In this document: positions 13,301 through 24,428 of the stretch, piece by piece
Position numbering within the stretch: position 1 is the stretch's first letter
Layout: every line of letters starts with the position of its first letter
Assembly: GCA_000708835.1 (NCBI GenBank)
Contig: DF237316.1
Location: 1-64,000, forward strand
Direction of reading: 5' to 3'
From: Klebsormidium nitens
Lineage: Eukaryota > Plantae > Klebsormidiophyceae
Length of the DNA: 64,000 nucleotides
The notes under the pieces: generated by a model
The model's input: only the letters and a program-made list of their open reading frames with translations
Database searches by the model: none
Told to the model about the DNA's origin: nothing
Translations under genes and position numbers: made by a program

Positions 13301-16300
13301 CTCGAGTATGGGTAATTTTTTTTGCTCGAGTACGCGTGAGTTTTTCAAAAAAAGGGGCGCAACCGTTCAGTAGCACTTTTGGATCATTGAGGGATTGTGT
13401 GTGCAGATCTTGGAAAAAGGTTACAATTGTTCGGTAGCAATTGTGGACTATCAAAGTATCACAGGGCAGCCGAATGAGAGCATTCAAAGGCTTGATGTGG
13501 ACTATCAAAGAAGTATAGGGCAGCGAAATAAGAGCAGGTTGAAGAGTTGCTGAGCTGATGAACAGATTGTGACGCTAGCGCTTCCCCTGCCGCAGGTACA
13601 TGATGGGCCTCGTTGTTATCATGGGCCTGGTCATCACTGGCATCTATGCTTTCACCAACAAGGTGTTGCTGAAGGACCCCAACGTCAAGCTGCCTACTGG
13701 AAGCAAGAAGAAGGTACGGCGCAGTTGACCTTCTTGTTCCTCCAGATCTATTGGTTTGCTGGAATTTCTATACTTACCACTCTGCAGACGCTTTTTAGCT
13801 TACTGTTGAGCTACAGCGAACAGTAGCGTTCTACTGGAAGAGCCTGGTGGTGTAAGAAGGTTTGGTCCTTGTGCGGAGACCAGATTGGTGTGCTTGCTGG
13901 GGAACAAGTCTTCTGGTTTTCAGGCTGCAACTTCTGTCAGGTCTTGTGGACACCGGTGTCTTTGTTAGAGAGGATTGTGGCCTCTCAAGAAGCAGTTGAA
14001 AGAGTGATGCGAAGAGAGGCCTGCGTGACGCAGGTGTTGTTTAAAAATTCCCCTATGCCTACTCGGAGTGACTGCATCTTTGCACTTGGACTTTGCTAGT
14101 GTATCTGTCTCAAAGAAGATGTTTGTCTGAGAACTGGCGAAGCACAATCTTCGGATGCTCTACTTATCTGGCACTCAGCAAGTCCGAGTGCAATTGAGCT
14201 CAAGTCAAAGTGTCGTTTCTGCAAATTGGCACTTCCATTGCAGCCAGCCAGAGAACACCCTATGGAGCACATGCAGTGTCAGGCTCGGGTTCTGCCTGCA
14301 GGCTAGACAGTCGGACTACTTCCCAGGCTATGGTTCATGTAGATTCCTATCGTGAGCCAGCCACTGATTTCAGTAAAGTTTACATCTTAGACTTGTCAGC
14401 TAGTTCTGAGTCACACAACAGCATTTGGAAAGCTTTTTGAAGTTTCTGTGGCTGAGTTCGCGCCGGCTAGCTCTCGCTCACACGGACTACTTCAGGTTCT
14501 TTGTGGCTGAGCTGAATCTGTAGCTGATTGGGAAACCCGCATTCACTGCAGAAGGAGAAGACGAAGCTGGGCTTTGGCGAGAGCGTGAAGTTCCTGCTCG
14601 ACTCGAGGTACATCCGCGACCTGGCGTGCCTGGTGGTGGCATACGGCATCAGCATTAACTTGGTGGAGGTTACATGGAAGAGCAAGATCAAGGCACAGGT
14701 GGGCTTATAACACCCTTCTCGTCGATTTACACACGAGATTTTATGTTGGGGTTTGATCTTTACTTTCATTAGTATGTCGTTCATTTTGCGGAGGTAAACA
14801 GAATGGAAGGGTTCGAAAATGGTTTTGAAACCTGGGATTAAGACTGATGAATGAGCTGACAGAAGGGGCGGTATTGGCAAGCAAATTCAATGCGCAGTGT
14901 GATGTCACGGTAGCAGCATTCGTTTTGCTTGTGATATGCCGTCGGATGGGTGGCTTGGATTGGTAGAGGGCAAGGCACAAAGTAATTGATGACCGTGAGT
15001 TGTGGAGCAGCTTTGGTCTTTCGTGAGGACTGATGTATTTGGATAGGGGAGTGCAGAAGCATGGTCAGTGAGTACGATCAAGGCGGCTTTGGGTGTCACT
15101 CTGGTGCACGGGCTTGCTTTCAGTGTAATTTGTCGAAGCAGTGTAGATTGTCGAAGCAGTGTGTCAGAATCAGTTGATAATGCTCAGGGTAGACCGATAT
15201 TACTGTCAGCACGACCAAGCTTTGAGGGGTCGTGCGGGGTCTAAGACTGGTCATTCCTGGTGTGCATTAACATCCAGCGCAAAGCAGCAGATGACAGGCA
15301 GAATGCGCACGCCAGTAACACAGTTGTTTTTCATGTACCAACATATCTATCGGCTCCGTTGCAGCAAGTCTCGCCACATCAAACGACTTTCCCCACTGTC
15401 AATTTCTGGGAAAGTGCCTCTTTGAGGATTACATTCCCCTGCCGTCTCGAGCTCCTGATGGCACCGATTAACCACTCTACTTCTCCCCTCACCACAAGCT
15501 TTTCATGGCATGTCAGCGATCAAGGATGACTGGGAAAGCCCGGAGTGTGGGTCCCGTTGGAATTTCTTCAAGCAGCATTACGTGACCCACACTTTCCTCC
15601 TTTCCTTCGTTTCCGAACCCGACCGACCACATCGCTTCATGGGCGACTTTGAAATCGCAATTCCTGACCCACATTCGGCCCCCCCTCCTCTACTCCTCAA
15701 TCCCAACGACAAACACTACCTGACTCACATTTCTCCCCTCCTCTAGTTCCCCAACCCCAACGACTACTCCGCCTTCATGGGCGACTTCTCGTCCGCGACC
15801 GGCGCCGTCACCTTCGGCATGATGCTCCTCTCGCGCGTCATCTTCCGCAAGTTCGGCTGGGGCGTCGCCGCCCAGATCACGCCCGTCGTGCTTCTCATCA
15901 CAGGTGTCGCCTTCTTCGGGCTGCTGCTCTTCGGCGGGCCGATCGCGCCGTGGCTCGCGTCGGTCGGGATGACCCCCCTGCTCGCTGCGGTGTACGTCGG
16001 CGCGCTACAGAACATCTTCTCCAAGTCCGCCAAGTACTCGCTGTTCGACCCGTGCAAGGAGATGGCCTATATCCCGCTGGACGACGAGACCAAGGTGCGC
16101 ATGCTGACTGTCGTGCCTTCATACTTTCCATTCTTCTCGATGCTGCCCTGTTCTTGGGAACTTACGTGCGCCTTTCCTTGGATACCAGAGTTGGCGAGGC
16201 AGAGGCGGGCTCGTTCAGTCTGGAAAATCCCATTATACACGGTCATTCCGGATGCTCGCGCAGCGAGCAAGGGAGTAAATTAGGAACGGCGTGGACAATT

Positions 16301-17624
16301 GATGGAACCGATTGACGAAGACTTCGAAATTTGGTCAGCGAGACCGCAGTTGGTCATGCATTTATTGAAGCTGCCTGTACGGGCGAATGGGACACAGACC
16401 TTGTCAAAGCGGGTTTCGTTTTGCGGTACTCCTGAAGGTTTTGGCGTCCATTGAGGGAGCATTACTTTCATCTACCGGAAGTGACGCACATTGGACGTCG
16501 CTCATCTTGTGCGGCGTTTACCTTCTGCCGAGCGAGGCAAAGTTACACACAAACAAAAGAGAAAGATGGCTTTTGCCAGAAGCTACACACTCAAGCTTTA
16601 CACCAACGAAAATTACCCTCCTTACACTCAAACCCGTTCCTGATCTGCGCCCCTACCTCCGATTTCCAGGTCAAGGGCAAGGCCGCCATTGACGTCGTGT
16701 GCAACCCCATGGGCAAGTCCGGCGGTGCCGCGATCCAGCAGGTGCTGATCATCGTCTTCGGGTCCCTCGCCAACTCCACCCCCTACCTAGGCGTCATTCT
16801 GCTGGGCATCGTGTGTCTCTGGATCGTTGCGGCCCGCTCGCTCGACAGCCAGTTCAAGCCCATGGTCCACAAGGGCATCAAGACGCAGATCTCGGAGGGC
16901 AAGCTGGAGGCGCTCTCAGCGCGTCTTTTGGGGCAGAGCCGGGGCCGGCAGGTTAGTGCCACGTGTCTTTTGCGATATGGCCTTTCTGTTTTTGCACTCG
17001 CACTTGTTCAGTGCCCTCGGAGGAGCTGACTGCGTCTTCTCAATCCTTCTGACTTCTTGTCTCCGGATCATTGGTGTAAATACTTTTTACGTTGGATACG
17101 ACGGCTTTGATTTGCCAGCTTATGCTGGGGAAGTCGGCTCGTCTGTTCAAGTATCATACGAGAGCCATTTTGACAGCGCACATTCATTGGTTTCTTGGAC
17201 GCTTCAATCATTTGCTGACCGTTTGCACTAGGTTTCCAAGGATTACGAACATGATGACGATCTTTGTCTTGTCTTACTCGACGACACTGCTTATTGACTT
17301 ACGACAATCCGGTCAATTCGACGACAACAATGATGGAGTATCCTCAGAATCATATATAGTATCTTTTTATGCGTTTTGCTTGATCTTTTGAAGCCCCAAA
17401 TCTGACCTCTTGTTTCTCTGGCTTTGCAGCAGAGGAGCCACCGCTTCGTCAGCGTGCTCAACGAGCAAGGGTACATCGAGGGCAGGTACGTTCCCATTGA
17501 TGACGACAGCAGGGCCACCAGCAAGACCGTTCCGGCCCCCGTCTCCCCTCAGAACGGCAATGGGCCGGTTTCTCCAACGGACGTGGTCGGAGCGACTCCG
17601 ACTACTCCTGTAGGGTCAACGTAG
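10372..17624 (+). CDS. NTT1: Plastidic ATP/ADP antiporter (TLC/NTT family); exons 10372-11220, 12381-12532, 13596-13713, 14552-14698, 15747-16094, 16670-16951, 17430-17624
   Basis: Family motifs LKKVIPLGLMFFCILFNYTILRDTKDVLVVTA, AELWGSVVVSVLFWGFANQ, YGISINLVEVTWKSK, KSAKYSLFDPCKEMAYIPLD and KGKAAIDVVCNPMGKSGGA. Transit-peptide-like N-terminus; GT-AG junctions in frame. The last exon is less certain. Confidence 0.93.
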
Positions 17625-19179
17625 GCGCTAGAGCAAAGCCCATACGGTGATTGAGGAACGGAGAGTGGTTTTTCTCCGGGGAGGTTGTACGGGATGTTGG
17701 AGGTGAGGGAAATTGCGGGGCGCTGAGGAAAGATTTGGGGCGTGGTAGTCTTGGACGAGGTAGTATCGGCTGAGATGGAACGGGTGGATATAGATTTGGG
17801 GTGTTGCGGAAGTAGACGAATTAGAGCTGAGGAAGGTCCAAGAGCTTGACGTTTTACAGGGCAGTTGGCCTTGACTGGTTTACAATCAGTGTGATCAAGT
17901 TTCTTGTGTCGTTTATTATTGGATTTCAATCCAGCACTTACTAGGACGTGGGCTAGCAAAGATGGCTTGCATTAGAGAGGTGTTACAGGGCATGTTGAAA
18001 TACGACCACTGGTGCCGCTAATAAACGTTCTGCTGACATCGTTTGCTTATTTAGGATTTGCAAACCGTTGCTCTCATCAGTTTTTCAAACATATCATTGT
18101 GAACCGGAACCCAGCTATGTAGCATGCTTCGAAAAGCAGGACATCGCCATACTGGACTCATCCACGTGAAAGAAGCTCTGTAAATGTCGATATACGAATT
18201 CAGTCGGCCTATTCAATGCGGAGTCGCACAAAGAGGACAAGTGGTCATGCAACTGATTGCAAGGTCCATATGCTTGATGGAAACAGGATGTACGTGATGT
18301 GTATACAAATTTTGAACAGCTCCGACACCATCACTTCGAAGTCAACCAATCCTGGGCGGCTGGTGCCCTGGTAGGGCTAGGTGGCGTTACCATGAACGTG
18401 TGTATATATGTAGTCACGCAGCTGTCTCGTTGCATATTTATAACACGCGAAGATAATAAGGATGACCTCGCGCCCTAATCAACCATTTTTTGTTCGCACG
18501 CTTGTATGCATGTGGCTCCAACTTAAGAATGAGCACCATTAAGTATGTCCTGCGCAGTGCATCAGAGGCACGCGCGCCCCTTTCTTACATATGAAATTAG
18601 GCCAATACGGCTGCACAGTCGCAGGCAAATGATTCCAACTGAACAGCTTTTGTATCCTCGAATTTTCGCAGCTCAAGCTTAATTTTAAACAGTGGGCCTT
18701 GCCAGCAATCGATCCTGAGCGATTACGATCAAGCATGAGAAGGTCGGAGCTCCACGTCTGCAGATATTAAATGACTATGGTGTCGACCATTTCGCTTTCC
18801 TCTAGACTTGATTGAACGTCACTGTATTGAATCAAGTAATCGAGCAACCATGCACATGTAAGGTGTACCAAAGCCTGGGCCAGTCAAAACTATGCCCGAC
18901 GATGCTGTCCGCCAAACATAACGATGATGCAATCAAGAAGATTGTACTCCAGAAAATCTGCAGGGCGACTGATGCATGACTCCGCAGCAACTCGATCACC
19001 ATCCAGATAGAAACTCGGAATGCTTTCCGTTGTTGTATAGTTACTTGGAATTACTCTCCAGGCTCGACGGGATCCTGTGTGAACCTGCCCTGTGCGGAAC
19101 CATCGCTTGGCGTGCAATAAGTTCTTTAACGATACTTGACATACGATAACTTCAAACGTCGTCGTCACCGATGGGCTTA

Positions 19180-22100
19180 TCAGTCCTCTACTTTTCCAAT
19201 TCGGAGCAGCAGTGGCCACGTCACCTTTCTTTCCGTTTGTGGATCTCCCCATGCGGCTTTCAATTCGTCCTCCACCGGTGCAAGCAGGTCAATCCCCTTC
19301 TCTTTCGCGGTGTTGTAAGGGCTCCAAGTCTTGTAATACCTTCAAATTGCATCCAAAGAAACAACTCGAATCGGTCAGCAAGTCGGGTCGATCAAATTCT
19401 TCTACCTTCAAAACTTTGATGAACGGTTTTACTTAGAATTACAGGACGAGGCTTCCATCTTCACTGGAAGTCTACTTGTGGAACAGATATGTGGCGTGCT
19501 CATAATGTGCGTCACCAAAAGTAGCCCTATTCCCTTGGACGCCTCTGATTTGCTGACGAGTATGTGATCCTTTCACGCTGGCGACTAAAGACAATCTCAT
19601 GCTGCCGTCTGCGAGCGTTTACCGTGCTGATGACTACGGACATCTTCATGCTAACGAGTTTAGACAACACAAGATGCTCACGATTACAGACATCTCTATG
19701 CAACCGGGTACGAACAATATGCAGAAAATCAAAAGGTATGGAGACAAGCAAAGCGCACAGCGTCTTCCGCAGGTTTGCAAGAAGAGTGCCGTACCCAATG
19801 AGGTCCTCGTACTTCCAGTGCTTGCTCGTCTCGAATGGGAATGGACCCGTACTGTCGCGGCCGTCGACCGGAACGAACGGAAACGGAATCGTTGCATAAC
19901 CCTCCTCTATGTACCTGGAAACCAGCGGACTTCATTCGTCAGCGAAACGGGCGTCAAGAAGCGCCACATCAACAGAAGCGAAGTGCATCACAGAATCCGT
20001 AGGGATTGAGAGGGAACCTGCAAGAAAACGGGGGAAAGTGAGCTTTGGGTTGTGAGAAACCCACTCAGGTTTCCGCGAATCACGCAGCGGAATGATGACA
20101 CCCTCCCCGTCGACTTCTATTCTTCAGCCAAACTGAATGCGCATAACTAAAACTTCTGGGTTTCAGAGTTCTACGGCTTAGGCAAACTTCAAGCTGGCCG
20201 AGACAGCCCAACTTGTACAGAAACAGAGCAAGCGGCAAGGCTCGTCTCAGGGCACAGCGCCTTCAGACCGCAGGAAAAGGCTCTCGACATTCTTTGAAGC
20301 GTAGTAAAGACACACGCATTTCTTGGTTAGTAGGATACTGGTAACGTTGGGGTATGTCAGATTGGAATTGCAACAGATTGGCCGAAATTTTCAAGCGCAC
20401 CGCTCGCAATTACTACTGGGTACGTTTTATCAGCGCTTCCCAACATCTTGCTGCATTGAGAGGACTATCAAACCACTTGTACTCAACCTAGCAACACAGA
20501 TAATCGACATCATGCGGCCTAGGTATACAGCCTACGATCTTGTCGTCAATGTAATGGCGACATGGAGACGTCCCCTGCTACAATGCGACTCGATCCGCAA
20601 AGTAACCAAGAATATGAATTGCAATCAATCATTATTATATGCCTAATCTCGCCACTCACTTCACCCGGGGGTTCCAAAACGGCCCGGTGGTCTGATAGTA
20701 TCTGTCCGAGACGGCATCAATGTCCGGCGTGATCCTGGCGTGTGAATACGACCAGGCTGCGAAGGTGCCCCCGGGTCTCCGCAACGCCTGGTGACGAAGA
20801 ACGAGATCGCAGAGAATTTTCAGAAAGCGAGAATCAGTAAGAGACGGGTCTAAACGACATGATTGAAGATCAAGAGACTCACTTCCGAGCAGTCTCCCAA
20901 TAGGGCCCCGTGATTTTGTAGAAGGCGGCCGAGACGGCATCAACCTCCGGGGTGACCTGCTCCGGGGGGGTGTACGTCCAGGCGGCAAACACCCCCCCAG
21001 GCCGGAGAGCCTGGCAAGTACGAACGCAGGCTATGGCTCGTCCAACTCCTTTCTGAGGACATTTCACTTTCTGGCCGTGTCCTTCCTGATTCATTTCAGC
21101 TCGCTGAACCGGTGCGATTCGAAGGATGCATGCTCGTGAGAGCCTGACAACAAGAGTGCGAAGGTGGCTCTAAACCTCAACGCCAGCTCGTGCAAACTTC
21201 TAGAGGGAAGAGCTCGTGTGATATGTCGACTGACCGATTCCTGGATGATCGGCTCCTGCTCTTGAATGGAACACATTATCGATCGACAAAGTGAGAAGCT
21301 CACGAATTTCTTCGCGAGGCTGTGGAAAAGCGTCACACGATCATAATCAAGCAAAAGTCCATGCAAGTCCAGTGTAAGAACCGTCTGTTGGAAAACGAAG
21401 AGCCCCTCCATGACTTCGAGCTGGGACGACATGTTTCGTTTTCTTTGCTTTTCTCTGGGGTTTTCAATAACTCCTAGTCTCCCCTTTTTCCACTTCGCTC
21501 GATCCAAAGCAACTTGTACAAGCCGAAAAGCTCAAAGGTTTTGGTCTCACCTTCTTAGCGAGCGCAAAAAACTCGTCAAAGTCGAACCAGTGCAGTGCTT
21601 GGGCCACGGTTATCAGGTCAACCGAACCCGCTGGGCCAACCGTTCGTTCAACGTCCTCCCAAGTCATGTTCGGTTCGGTTACCTGAGAGGCGCACAGGTA
21701 GTATTTACTGTCAACCAACCGTTCTTAGTGTCTTGGTCCAAATTTTGAATTCGGAGATTCGACTCAAGCGCTCCTGACACCATTTAGAAATGGATAAAGT
21801 ACTTTTGCAACCGTGTAGCGCTAACTCCTATGAAAGCACAGCACCCTTGGAAGACTGCCATCAAACTGCCGAGGAAAGTTTTGGCAAGAACGGGGATGCG
21901 ATGGATCCACTGGTCACGCGACAAGTATCTGATTTAGATGAACCACTGGCAGAAGCTTGACGTCAATCTTCTCATGCTCAGTTCTTGAAAAATATTCCAT
22001 TTTGTGATCGACGGCGTCCATAACATAGCTCAATCACGTTTCAACCCTCGTTTTGAAAAGACTGAAATTCTACGAAATAGAATGTATTTCATTTTCATAC

Positions 22101-23636
22101 CTATCTTTGAGGACGCCACCCTGCCTGCCTTCAGAGAGTTCAGGGGTTCGTAAAATGGAAATGCAACAGCACGATTCCCCAACCTTGTAAGTGATGTTGT
22201 CCCTTTGCTGTGCATGCTCAATCTGGGTTGCGCTGCGGTCGGTTGCAACCACGCGGTCAAAGTATTTTGCAAGGCTCGCTGCAGCCTGACCGTTTCCTGT
22301 AAGCACGTAAGTCAAGAGCCAAAGTCGGTCTGTGTGTCGATTGAGAGGAGCCTGCGAGACACAATGTTCGTTGCGGAGTCACATCTTCCAAAGGCAATCT
22401 CGTCAGCGCGCTGACATGCCAGAACAACTACCGTAATCCAAGGTGATAATTCCAAACAATGAGGATAAACTGCGGTCAGAGAGTTAGGATTTCCAATACC
22501 CCGTTTGGAAAATGATGCTTTGGAGAGTCAAATGTAATCTAAAATGGTTTCCAGAAGGCTCAAAACGGCCAAGATTTGCAGAGAATTCCCTTGTAAGTGA
22601 CAACGCATGGCATTTGGAGTGTGATTCAGCGCCGGTAATTCCCCTTCCCTATTAGGACCGTGAGAAACTTATTCCAGATAGAGTCGTCCAGGCTTACAAC
22701 TTTTGAGTACCGTGATTGGCACTTGTAGACTTCCGTTTGCCTTTCCAGACCTCAGCTTTAGCTATCAACCCCACAATCAACATTTGTATATTCCATCAAG
22801 GGTTATCCTGGTTCGTCGATTTTGGGGTGGTAGCTGAGGTGGAGTTCCAAAAAGCGGACTAGAGACCCCAATCAGGGGTTCTAACAGACCTTCAGGCACC
22901 TATATGGATGTCACAACTTCAGAAAGGATATAACACCAGTGGCTTTGTTCAGATGTTCAAGGCTCAGACTTCAGAACTTTTTCGAATTCTCTTCTGATAG
23001 TAATCAGAAGTGCAGATTAGCTGTTCAAGTTTCATGTAAGGAAGATGGGAAGAGGGAGGTTGTGCTTGCAGCAATTCCATTGACTGGGAACTGAAAAAGG
23101 GGCAGAAAGATCTGAGGAGGGGACACAGTACACACTGTACAAAGAGAGCTCAAACCTTATCAAAGCGCGGCACCACCTTCAGAGATTATGCAAACCCCTG
23201 ACACTCAATGTAGCAGCTTAATTCCCACCACCGCTACTCTAAAGAAGGCCTTTTTAGTCTAGGACAAAGATTGTCAAGATACTAAATTGATAGATCAAAG
23301 CAAGGAAGATTGAAGATTGAATGATTTAGTCCGTACTAAAACATGCGTGTTTCCAGAGTGTCAAGCACCAAGCACAGAACAAGTCCAGTCAGCTTTATTG
23401 CACTGCACCTGATAATTTGTAATAATTTGCATACATACCAATGCCCAGGACACATGGCTTTATTGAGTTAATCAACATATAATCATCTCACCTGTCCCAA
23501 CATCCCAAGCTAAAGTCCTGCCAGGGGCAGCTGACACAATCCTCTGAATGAATTCATCGGGGTAGTCCGGCCGGTACTTGGCGTACACATCTGCCTGCTT
23601 GGAGAAGAGGTCCCGCCCATCTGTGGCAGGCGGCAT
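19180..23636 (-). CDS. Class I SAM-dependent methyltransferase (plant Methyltransf_11 type); exons 23636-23492, 22296-22184, 21682-21551, [21010-20883 OR 20787-20660], 19914-19795, 19339-19180
   Basis: Motifs LFSKQADVYAKYRPDYP, AWDVGTGNGQAA, DLITVAQALHWFDFDEF, LRPGGVFAAW, TIPFPF and WSPYNTAKEKGIDLL; GT-AG junctions in frame. An in-frame upstream ATG at 23741 could add 35 aa. Confidence 0.9.
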
Positions 23637-24428
23637 TGTGCTGGTTTTCTTGCTCGTGCCGCTGACCTGTCTTTTGATGCAACATGCAGCTGTGAGTCTG
23701 CCTAGTTGACTGGGGTTTCTAAAGAAGGTTCCAAAACGCATCCGTTTGCAGAGAAATGAGAGAATTGTAGTTTAAAGGGGCAAAATGATCAGAGAGCTAA
23801 GCATCGATCTGGTTTAGTGATGGAATGCTGAGAACAGCTCCTGATTGGTACACTAGGCATCTGAAGTGACGTCTAAGTTTATCTTCAACTTCAAGCTTCA
23901 AGTTCAAGAATCAAGACCGCTTCTGGAGAAGCCCTGTGCTCGTTTCAGACAAGCGAGGAAACTGCGTCTCTAAGCGTTCGTAGTCTTACGGTACTAAGAA
24001 CTTAGAAGCTTGTGCGCGGCATATGCGGGCCTACCAAATGAAGTTCACCATAAAAACGACGGCGCGATGGGCGCCCGCGCGATCATCGTGCGATCCGACG
24101 GTCCAGAAGCTCGGAAAGCTCCAGTGACGGCCACTGACTGATAACGGTATCGCAGAGGATTCTGCCAGCTGTCCCCCCGCCGCGAAGTCGGGCGATACGA
24201 TAATTACGAACATCGAATCGAAACGGTACTTAGGGACAAGGCACCGGTCAGAATAATCAAGAAACCCGACCGAGTTGCCACCCACTGCGCAGTGCATAGG
24301 CTTACGGACAGGCAACCCACGGAATAAGTACGAACAGGGCCAAAAGGTCGACCGCCGAATTTGTGGAGGCAACCCCTTAGCGGGTAATGAGGTTGGTGAA
24401 AAGGGCTTGGTAAACCCCGAATTTTAAG

